From assembly GCA_951406725.2 (NCBI GenBank), contig OX597827.1, positions 15,004,001 to 15,068,000 on the forward strand: 64,000 nucleotides of DNA, read 5' to 3'. The notes below the pieces were generated by a model. It made no database searches. It worked only from the letters and a program-made list of their open reading frames with translations, and was not told where the DNA came from. Position numbers and translations under genes: made by a program. Below, piece after piece: positions 53,384 through 64,000 of this stretch. This stretch comes from Octopus vulgaris. Its lineage: Eukaryota. Each line of letters starts with the position of its first letter. The stretch's first letter is position 1.

Positions 53384-54080
53384 AACAACAAACAAGATGA
53401 GGACAAATATCCGTCAAATGTAAATAATGTAAATAATTTGTCTAACATAGAATATTTGTCTCAAATACAGAGCATATGTCTGACTTGTATGTTTGACAGA
53501 CATCTAATATACAGAACAGGTGTTTTATATATGCAACATGTACCTGAAATATGGAGTATATCTGACATGTTTTAATGATGATGAATTGGTGGTGTTATAT
53601 TCTGGGATTGTAGGGTGGCAGTGAGCTGGCAGAAACGTTAGCACGCCGGGCGAAATGCTTAGCGGTATTTCGTCTGTTGTTACGTTCTGAGTTCAAATTC
53701 TGCCGAGGTCGACTTTGCCTTTCATTCTTTCGGGGTCAATAAAGCACCAGTTGTGTACTGGGGTCAATCAAATCAACTGGCCCCCTCCCCCCAAATTACA
53801 GCCCTTGTGCCTATTGTAGAAAGGGTTATATATTGGGATTATGGTGGTGATGGTGATGGTGATGATGGTAGTGGTGTATACTTCAGTAAAGGTGATGGTG
53901 ATAGGGGTGAGGTTTATACTTTAGCAATATTATTGTCTGAGGTGGTTGTGGTTGAAGTTGTTTAACCCTAGTCAAGCTCTGGTGGAGCAGGCCTATGATC
54001 AAAGCAAGGTATTCCATTCATGATTAGCCTATCTTCTCTCAAGCACATGTTTATCTAGGAATATCATCCAATGTGTTCAG

Positions 54081-54115
<35 letters not shown>

Positions 54116-54237
54116 CCTCACTCTCTCTTTCTCTCTCTCTTTTCCAAGACAATTGATTGTAGGGTGTCATTTGGGGGTGTTTTGGCTACTATTTCTATGC
54201 ACCAGTTATAGTGATGTGTACATACATATATACATAA

Positions 54238-54653
54238 GGCGGCGAGCTGGCAGAATCGTTAGCACGTTGGGCGAAATGCTTAGCGGTATTTCGTCTGCCG
54301 TTACATTCTGAGTACAAATTCCGCCGAGGTCGACTTTGCCTTTCATCCTTTCGGGGTCGATAAATTCATTACCAGTTACGCACTGGGGTCGATATAATCG
54401 ACTTAATCCGATTTGTCTGTCCTTGTTTGTCCTCTCTGTGTTTAGCCCCTTGTGGGTAGTAAAGAAATAGGTATTTCGTCTGTCTTTGCGTTCGGAGTTC
54501 AAATTCTGCCGAGGTCGCCTTTGCCTTTCATCCTTTCGGGGTTGATTAAATAAGTACCAGTTGTGCACTGGGGTCGATATAATCGACTTAATCCGTTTGT
54601 CTGTCCTTGTTTGTCCTCTCTGTGTTTAGCCCCTTGTGGGTAGTAAAGAAATA
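54238..54653 (+). mobile_element. SINE family B dimer (full unit plus headless unit)
   Basis: Junction gaaataggtatttcgt at the same position as in 50805-51217. Confidence 0.85.
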
Positions 54654-54964
54654 GGTACACATGTGTGTGTGTGTGTGTACATGTATGTGTTATGCTTTAG
54701 TGATAATTTTCTAAGTCGTCAATGTTATACTTTAATGGTATTAGTGGTGGCTGTGATGGTGATGGTAGTGGTGGGGGAAAGGTATGTTTATAGGTTAGTA
54801 GTGATGCTAATTGTGATGGTGGTGGTGGTGGTGGTGATGTTAATCATAGTGCTGGTGGTATACATGCAGTATAACGTCGGAAATATTTTAGTTTTTATTG
54901 ATGAAGGAGATCCTGTATAGTTTTAGAGATGCAAATGTTGGTGTTAATGATGGTAGTGTTGTTG

Positions 54965-54996
<32 letters not shown>

Positions 54997-55539
54997 GGTA
55001 GTGGTGGTGGTGGTACTGCTGCTGTTGCTGCTGGGATGATGGTTGCAGTTGAACTAACTAAACAAATGAAATTATTTAGGATGTCATTCATACAAAAAAC
55101 ATTTATTGAATGAAACAAAAACAAGAAGAAACGAAAAAAAAACGAAAAAAAAACAAAAAAAACAAGACATTTATTTATATATATATATATATATTTATTC
55201 AGTTTCTTTTGGGGTTTTTTTTTTTTTGTTTTTCATCAAACATTTATTCAAACATTCATTCAAGTTATTTCATCAGTCAAAAACAAAAAAAGTAACAAAA
55301 TAAATAAATAAATAACTAAATAAATAAATAAATAAATAAAAAGCCTTCAATTAAGCATTCAACTGGCCACCATTCATCGAATCCAACGTTTATTTAGTCA
55401 AATCTTTTGAGTCAAACATTCATTCAGTCAACTTTTCAATCATACAATCAGTTAAATGTTCATTCATTAGTCACTTAAATCGCTGTTGTTTTTGTTCTTT
55501 AATATGACTGATGTATTTGATTATTTCTTGCCAAACCCC

Positions 55540-55852
55540 CACCATACACACACACACACACACACGCACACATGCATGCACATACACATGCACGTACATA
55601 CATACGCACGCACATACACGCTGTCAGCAAAAACACGCACCTACCCTTACGTGTGCATTCTTTTGCTCTTATGCACGCAGACACAGATATTGCAGAAACT
55701 CACATGCAATACACATATACACACATAACATACATACATGCACACAAACACACACACATATATACATGCACACACACACATACATACATGCACACACACA
55801 CAAACACACACACATACATACATGCACACAAACACACACACATACATACATG

Positions 55853-55884
<32 letters not shown>

Positions 55885-55900
55885 CACACACATACATACA

Positions 55901-55935
<35 letters not shown>

Positions 55936-56152
55936 ACACACAAACACACACACACATACATGCACACACACACACACACACACATACATACATGCACACA
56001 CACACACACACACACACATACATACATGCACACACACACACACACACACACATACATACATGCACACACACACAAACACACACACATACATACATGCACA
56101 CACACACAAACACACAAACATACATACACACACACACACACACAACACACAC

Positions 56153-56185
<33 letters not shown>

Positions 56186-56220
56186 TACATACATGCACAC
56201 ACACACACACACACATACAC

Positions 56221-56263
<43 letters not shown>

Positions 56264-56301
56264 TACATGCACACACACAAACACACACACATACATACAT
56301 G

Positions 56302-56333
<32 letters not shown>

Positions 56334-56928
56334 ATATGCCTTGCATTGCATCTTTCCGTACATTAGATATTCATTCACAAACACACGCTTTATAGTACAT
56401 GCATACACTTACACACACACACACACACACACATGCACACACGTGCACACACACACATGCACCAAAGGCAAATGCAAAACTCCGCCATCAATTCTACCAA
56501 ATACTACCACCTACTATTCCACTTGTCTACACGCATACACACGCATACACACACACACACATGCATACACACACACACACACACACACACATGCATGCGC
56601 TTCATAAATGAAAATTTACTATTGCACTCACACACATGTAAACACACAGACACACACACACATGCACGCAAGCACACATACATTCTTGTTCAGCCACCAT
56701 AACCTGTATTCAACTCGCACGCTCCTGCTAAACGTACACGTGCACACACACACACATAATTCCTTACTGATGAGCCCCCCCCTCCATTCAAGCTGCACAC
56801 GCGCTCACACACACAAACACACGCACATCCATACGTACAGATGTGCTCATGCAAATACATGCGCATGCACACATACACACACACACACACACACATATAC
56901 AGATGTGCTCATGCAAATACATGCGCAT

Positions 56929-56967
<39 letters not shown>

Positions 56968-56993
56968 GATGTGCTCATGCAAATACATGCGCA

Positions 56994-57027
<34 letters not shown>

Positions 57028-58125
57028 GATATGCTCATGCAAATACATGCGCATGCACACACACACACATGCATGCATACATACATACATACACTCATGC
57101 AAATACATGTGCAAACACACACACACACACACACATATACAGATGTGCTCATGCAAATACACACACGCAATTGTATATACACACGCATGCATGCATACAT
57201 ACATACATACATACAAATGTGCAAATACAAACACACACACACATTACTCTGCTCTTCAATATCAAGCTACTATTCAACACATGAACACACACACACATAA
57301 ACAGAAACACACATGCACGTACATGCACGCACATACATGTACGTGCAACCGTAGTCAGTAACACTAGTACCATTCTACTCACACACACACACACACACAT
57401 TACCCTAGTCACCAATATCATCAGAACCATTCCACAAAACACACGCACACACACACACACATATGCACACATGCATGCATACATGCACACACACACACAC
57501 ACACATGCACTCACATACACATGCACATAGATGTATACACAGAAATACACACATACATGTACACACTCACACACACATGCATGCGCAGGCCCACATACAC
57601 ATACATGCACACACGTGCATGCATACACACATACATAGATACACACACACACGCGCATGCATACACATACATACACACATGCGTACACATACACATACAT
57701 GCACACATACTCAGAAATACACACACTCATGTACGCACAGGCACACACGCACACTTATGCACGCGCAGGCAAACACACACACAGACACACACACACACTC
57801 ACGTACGCACAGGCACACACACACACACTTATGCACGCACAGGCAAACACACACACACACACACACACTCACGTACGCACAGGCACACACACACACACTT
57901 ATGCACGCGCAGGCAAACACACACACACACACACACTCACATATGCACAGGCACACACACACACACTCACGTATGCACAGGCACACACACACTTATGCAC
58001 GCGCAGGCAAACACACACACACACAGACACAGACACACACTCACATACGCACAGGCACACACACACACACACACTTATGCACGAGCAGGCAAACACACAC
58101 GCACACACACACGCACACATACACT
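55540..58125. repeat. ~2.6-kb compound (CA)n-based repeat with higher-order sub-arrays
   Basis: catacatacatg(ca)n units at 55730-56325, atgtgctcatgcaaatac units at 56835-57160, cttatgcacgcgcaggcaaa units at 57750-58095. Confidence 0.95.
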
Positions 58126-58250
58126 TCCCTAGTCATCAATATCGCAACTACCATTCCACATGCCTCCACTCCCCCCCCCGCGCCGCACATCATACCCACA
58201 CACACACACACACACAATCCATCCACCACCACCACCATTTACTAACTAAC

Positions 58251-58472
58251 CCCTCCTCGCTGCCCCAACCTCAACCATGTTCTTCTCTCCTGCTCCAGAA
58301 TGTAAGGCAGAGTTTTTACAGTATTATTCAAGGGACTGTCATCAGCGAAGACAGCTCTCAGTGCTGATTGGAATTTCACAGATAGAATTATCAAGAACAA
58401 TGCAAGGGAGAAACCCTGCCAGAGCCAATGCTGCTTGCTTCGACCCAATTTCAAAGACTGCTGCTTTTCCAT
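58251..58472 (-). CDS. Candidate first coding exon with signal-peptide/signal-anchor-like segment: MEKQQSLKLGRSKQHWLWQGFSLALFLIILSVKFQSALRAVFADDSPLNNTVKTLPYILEQERRTWLRLGQRGG|
   Basis: Only complex-sequence island in ~5 kb of simple repeats. 74 open codons, in-frame TGA two codons upstream, basic N-region plus hydrophobic core, possible V-F-A|DD cleavage site, NNT sequon, donor GGG|gttagt. Confidence 0.6.
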
Positions 58473-58499
58473 AGATCAGCCATCCCCTGTGCATTCAAA

Positions 58500-58925
58500 T
58501 GGTGGTGGTGATAGTGGTGGTGGTGGTGGTGGTGGTGGTGGTGGTGGTGGCGGCGGTGGTGGCGGTGGTGGTGGTGATGGTGGTGGTGGTGGCGGTGGTG
58601 GTGATGGTGATGGTGATGGTGGTGGTGGTGGTAGTGGTGGTGGCGGTTGTGGTGGTGGTGGTGGTGGTGGTGGTGGTGGTTGTGGTGGCATTGGTGGTGA
58701 CGGTGGCAGCAGCAGTTGAAGATGGTGGCAGCGGTGGCGGTGGTGGTGGTGGTGGCGGTGGTGGTGGCAGCGGTGGTGGTGGCAGCGGTGGTGGTGGCGG
58801 TGGTGTTAGTGGTGGTGGTGGTGGTGGTAGTTGTAGTAGTTGTAGTAGTAGTTTCTGTTGCTGCTGCTCTTGTTGCTGCTGCTGTTGTAGGCTCAGCGAG
58901 AAGAGGAAGGAGAAGAAGAGGAAGG

Positions 58926-58964
<39 letters not shown>

Positions 58965-59061
58965 AAACCATAGTTCATTGTACTAATAGCAGCAGATATG
59001 CTGTACTGGGATATTGAGTGGATGTGTTGAAAGCAGCAGCAGTAGTAGCAGCAGCAGCAAC

Positions 59062-59105
<44 letters not shown>

Positions 59106-59609
59106 CAGCAGTAGTAATTTCGGGTTGCAATATAATGTTATATCAATAATACTAGTAGTCGATACACTAGTAGCATGAATGGGGACGGGAGGGCTACAGC
59201 GATGGTGGTTGTGGTGGGAGGGGAAGGCAGGTGTTGGCGGTGGGGGGGGTGGGGTATTGGGAGGAAGGTGGTGGTGGAGGGGGGTGACAGCAATGACAAC
59301 AATGACTACGACGACAACGATGATGATGATGATGCTGATGATGATGATGACCACAATGATGATGAGGGTGGTGGTGATGGTGGTGGTGGTGGTGCGGTGT
59401 GGTTGGTAGTTGTAACAGTGGTAGAGAAGGTAGTGGTGGTGGTGGTGGTGGTAGTGGCAGCGGCAACAGTAGTAGTAATAGTAGTAGTAGTAGTAATAGT
59501 AGCAGCAGCAGCTACTGTGGTAAATAGAGTAGCAGCATCACCAATGCTAATAACAGTAGTAGTAGTAGTAGCAGTAGTAGTAGTAGCAGTAGTAGTAGTA
59601 GTAGTAGTG

Positions 59610-59691
<82 letters not shown>

Positions 59692-59701
59692 CAGTAGTAG
59701 T

Positions 59702-59739
<38 letters not shown>

Positions 59740-60200
59740 TAGTATCAACAGCAGCAGCTGCTGCAGCAACTACAAGGGTTGCACCATCAACACTACCACC
59801 ACCACCACCAACAACAACAACAGCAGCAGCAGCGACAGCAGCAACAGCAACACCACCAGTAGCAGCAGCAGCAACAATAGTAGTAGAAGCACAAGAACTA
59901 ACAATACCATCCACACATCAACAGCATCGACAAGAAACACCATCAACGCCGGCAACAGCTGCAGCAGCAGCAATACTATTGTCACTGCAATCAGCAGCGC
60001 CACCTTCATCGATAACAGCAGCAGTAACAACAACGCAACCACCAGTAGCAGCAGCAGCACAATATATATCGCCATCGAAAACACCATTACCATCATCATC
60101 ATCATCATCATCACCATTATCATCAACATCACCATCATTATCATCATCATCATCATCACCATCATCGTTTCTAACAACAGCAACACCTTCGACGCCGTCG
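58500..60200. repeat. Compound trinucleotide repeat block (GGT, GAA, GTA, GCA, CAT)
   Basis: Seen directly. Probable 5' UTR/promoter side of the 58472 exon. Confidence 0.9.
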
Positions 60201-60905
60201 CCTTCAACGTTTGCAAGGACGTAAGCACCAGTAGGATAACAATATCGAACAAGACGACCACAACCACCATTGTCGTCTTCTTCCTTGATAACATCACCAG
60301 CATCACAACGAAGACCTGACAACACCACGCACGGCACAACAAGCTAGTAGCACAACAAAACTGCCACGACACCGCCACCGACAATTTCGCTAATAACAAC
60401 AACAACAACAACAACACTGGTTAGGGAACAGCAGCATCAATGCCATCGCCACATCCCGCCAACGGTACTACGTCCTGTAGCGCAATAATGATTGACAACA
60501 AACGCTGCCGCCAACACTAGTAACGCAACAATATCATCACAAACGTTTACTACCACCTTTATCAATAACAACACATGACCAGACCACCAGTATTGCTACA
60601 ACATCGACATAAATAACAACATCAACAGCAATGCCACAATCTGTTGTATGACAATATGTCCAACAATAACACCTCTACTTTCATCAGTAATGATAACATA
60701 ACCACTAACAACACAGTCGTATAAACATCAGTAACAACACAATGTCTGATATCGCAATAATGTCGACATATACATCATTTGCTATCTAAACCAATAACAA
60801 CACAGGCATCAGAAACATAACAATATATCCAGCAATAACGCCACCGTCTTCACCAACAACGCAAAAATATCAACACAAATATGACTGTCATTGACAACAA
60901 CAATA

Positions 60906-61130
60906 CCTATTTCTTTGCTACCCACAAGGGGCCAAACACAGAGGGGACAAACAAGGACAGACATAGTATTAAGTCGATTACATCGACCCCATTGTGTAAC
61001 TGGTACTTAATTTATCGACCCTGAAAGGAAGAAAAGCAAAGTCGACCTCGGCGGAATTTGAACTCACAACGTAACGGCTGACAAAATACTGCTAGGTGTT
61101 TCGCTTGGCATGCTAACGTTTCTGCCAGCA
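60906..61130 (-). mobile_element. SINE family B
   Basis: Reverse complement of head, core and tail as at 44393. Confidence 0.85.
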
Positions 61131-61309
61131 CACAACCACTAGTAATATAGTAATATAAACGTCAACATATCTGATATCAGCGCCATTAGTTGCATGACAA
61201 CATCAACAGTAACAACAACACTTTGTCAATAACAACAACATGACCCCTAATAATGCAACAATATCAAAGTCAGCAACATAACAAGCACCAATAACAAGAT
61301 GGCCCCTAA

Positions 61310-64000
61310 TAATACAGCAATATTGACATCAACACCATTGCCACCTTCACCAAAATCAAAAACAATATGGCCCCCCACCAATCACCAATAATGTAACAAT
61401 ATCAAAATCAGCACCACCACCACCATCACCTTCTCCAATAACAACAACGTGACCCCTAAAGATATGACAATATCAACATCAACACCATCGCCACCTTCAC
61501 CAATATCAAAAACAATATGATCCCCCCATCACCAATAATGTAACAATATCAAAATCAGCACCACCACCACCACCTTCTCCAATAACAACAACGTGACCCC
61601 TAAAGATATGACAATATCGACATCAACACCATTGCCACTTTCACCAATATCAAAAACAATATGACCCCACCCCCATCACCAATAATGAAACAATATCAAA
61701 ACAGCACCACCACCACCATCTTCTCCAATAACAACAACATAACCCCTAAAGATATGACCCCTAAAGATATGACAATATTGACATCAACCCCATTGCCACC
61801 TTCACCAATATCAAAAACAATATGACCCCACCTCATCACCAATAATGTAACAATATCGAAATCAACACCACCACCACCTTCTCCAATAACAACAACATGA
61901 CCCCTGAAGATATGACAATATTGACATCAACACCATTGCCACCTTCACCAATATCAAAAACAATATGACACCCCCCCCATCACCAATAATGTAACAATAT
62001 CAAAATCACCACCACCATCACCATCACCTTCTCCAATAACAACAACATGACCCCTAAAGATATGACAATATTGACATCAACACCATTGCCACCTTCACCA
62101 ATATCAAAAACAATATGACCCCCACCTCATCACCAATAATGTAACAATATCAAATTCAGCACCACCACCACCTTCTCCAATAACAACATGACCCCTAAAG
62201 ATATGACAATATCGACATCAACACCATTGCCACCCTCACCAATATCAACAACAATATGACCCCCCTCCATCACCAATAATGTAACAATATCAAATTCAGC
62301 ACCACCACCACCACCTTCTCCAATAACAACAACATGACCCCTAAAGATATGACAATATTGACATCAACACCATTGTCACCTTCACCAATATCAAAAACAA
62401 TATGACCCCACTGCCATCACCAATAATGTAACAATATCAAATTCAGCACCACCACCACCACCACCTTGACCCCTAAAGATATGACAATATCGACATCAAC
62501 CCCATTGCCACCTTCACCAATATCAAAAACAATATGACCCCACTGCCATCACCAATAATGTAACAATATCAAAATCAGCAGCACCACCACCACCTTCTCC
62601 AATAACAACAACATGACCCCTAAAGATATGACAATATTGACATCAACACCATTGCCACCTTCACCAATATCAAAAACAATATGACCCCCCACCTCATCAC
62701 CAATAATGTAACAATATCAAAATCAGCACCACCACCACCACCTTCTCCAATAACAACAACGTGACCCCTAAAGATATGACAATATTGACATCAACACCAT
62801 TGTCACCTTCACCAATATCAAAAACAATATGACCCCCACCTCATCACCAATAATGTAACAATATCAAAATCAGCACCACCACCACCACCTTCTCCAATAA
62901 CAACAACATGACCCCTAAAGATATGACAATATTGACATCAACACCATTGTCACCTTCACCAATATCAAAAACAATATGACCCCAACCTCATCACCAATAA
63001 TGAAACAATATCAAAATCAGCAACACCACCACCACCATCACCTTCTCCAGTAACAACAACGTGACCCCTAAAGATATGACAATATTGACATCAACACCAT
63101 TGCCACCTTCACCAATATCAAAAACAATATGACCCCCCTTCCATCACCAATAATGTAGCAATATCAAATTCAGCACCACCACCACCACCACCTTCTCCAA
63201 TAACAACATGACCCCTAAAGATATGACAATATCGACATCAACACCATTGCCACCTTCACCAATATCAACAACAATATGACCCCCCCCCATCACCAATAAT
63301 GTAACAATATCAACTTCAGCACCACCATACCACCTTCTCCAATAACAACAATGTGACCCCTAAAGATATGACAATATTGACATCAACACCATCGCCATCT
63401 TCACTAATATCAAAAACAATATGACCCCACTGCCATCACCAATAATGTAACAATATCAAAATCAGCACCACCACCACCAGCTTCTCCAATAACAACAACG
63501 TGACCCCTAAAGATATGACAATATCGACATCAACCCCATTGCCACCTTCACCAATATCAAAAACAATATGACCCCACTGCCATTACCAATAATGTAACAA
63601 TATCAAATTCAGCACCACCACCACCATCTTCTCCAATAACAACAACATGACCCCTAAAGATTGACAATATCAACATCAACACCATCGCCACCTTCACCAA
63701 TATCAAAAACAATATGACCCCACCTCATCACCAATAATGTAACAATATCAAAATCAGCACCACCACCACCACCTTCTCCAATAACAACAACATGACCCCT
63801 AAAGATATGACAATATTGACATCAACCCCATTGTCACCTTCACCAATATCAAAAACAATATGACCCCCACCTCATCACCAATAATGTAACAATATCAAAA
63901 TCAGCACCACCACCACCACCACCACCTTCTCCAATAACAACAACGTGACCCCTAAAGATATGACAATATTGACATCAACATCATTGTCACCTTCACCAAT
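61310..64000. repeat. Satellite, ~147-bp unit (range 132-158), about 18-19 copies, continuing past the window edge
   Basis: gacccctaaagatatgacaatat recurs at 61451, 61595, ... 62615, 62763, 62910, 63063, 63210, 63355, 63502, 63649, 63794, 63947. Confidence 0.97.

Larger units (their letters stand above)
52602..53435. mobile_element. tRNA-headed, hammerhead-containing short element with inverted terminal arm and 14-bp TSD, interrupted by a family A SINE (52838-53279)
   Basis: TSD ATTTGTCTAACATA at 52588-52601 and 53436-53449. Arm 52602-52754 is the reverse complement of 53317-53435 plus extra 3' sequence. A box TGGCATAGTGG (52752) and B box AGTTCGATTCC (52796). Confidence 0.85.

Noticed and set aside
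55511-58367. Multiple 150-290-aa His/Thr or Cys/Val ORFs
   Set aside because: Translations of (CA)n-based repeats. The same applies to the YI/IY ORFs elsewhere.
58451-58978. 175-aa ORF resembling signal peptide plus Thr-rich and poly-His protein
   Set aside because: Composed of trinucleotide repeats that are open in most frames, with no complex sequence.
59175-60224. 349-aa ORF, the longest in the window
   Set aside because: Translation of GTA/GCA/CAT repeats.
61310-64000. Possible CRISPR-like array or repeat protein
   Set aside because: No unique spacers, no cas genes, unit lengths not multiples of three, and frequent stops.

Overview
AT-rich animal genomic DNA saturated with microsatellites and retroposons. 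The repeat repertoire resembles an octopod cephalopod genome (my recognition, not verified). Almost all long ORFs in the track are translations of simple repeats. The window looks like the 5' end of one large minus-strand gene that I cannot name: three candidate alternative first coding exons (58472-58251, signal-peptide-like; 12696-12601; 5063-4980; all ending at phase-0 GT donors) and one candidate internal exon (215-63). The intervening DNA holds tRNA-derived SINEs of several families, RTE and Tx1/L1 LINE fragments, a Penelope-like RT fragment, two DD37D and one mariner-type transposon relics, nested piggyBac-like MITEs, long hairpins, a 76-bp minisatellite and a ~147-bp satellite at the right edge. 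The most interesting signal is a set of minimal type-I hammerhead ribozyme motifs in several unrelated short non-coding elements with Penelope/retrozyme-like architecture. One motif (31940-31984) has an intact core. One element (52602-53435, 14-bp TSD) joins a tRNA-like Pol III head to a hammerhead.
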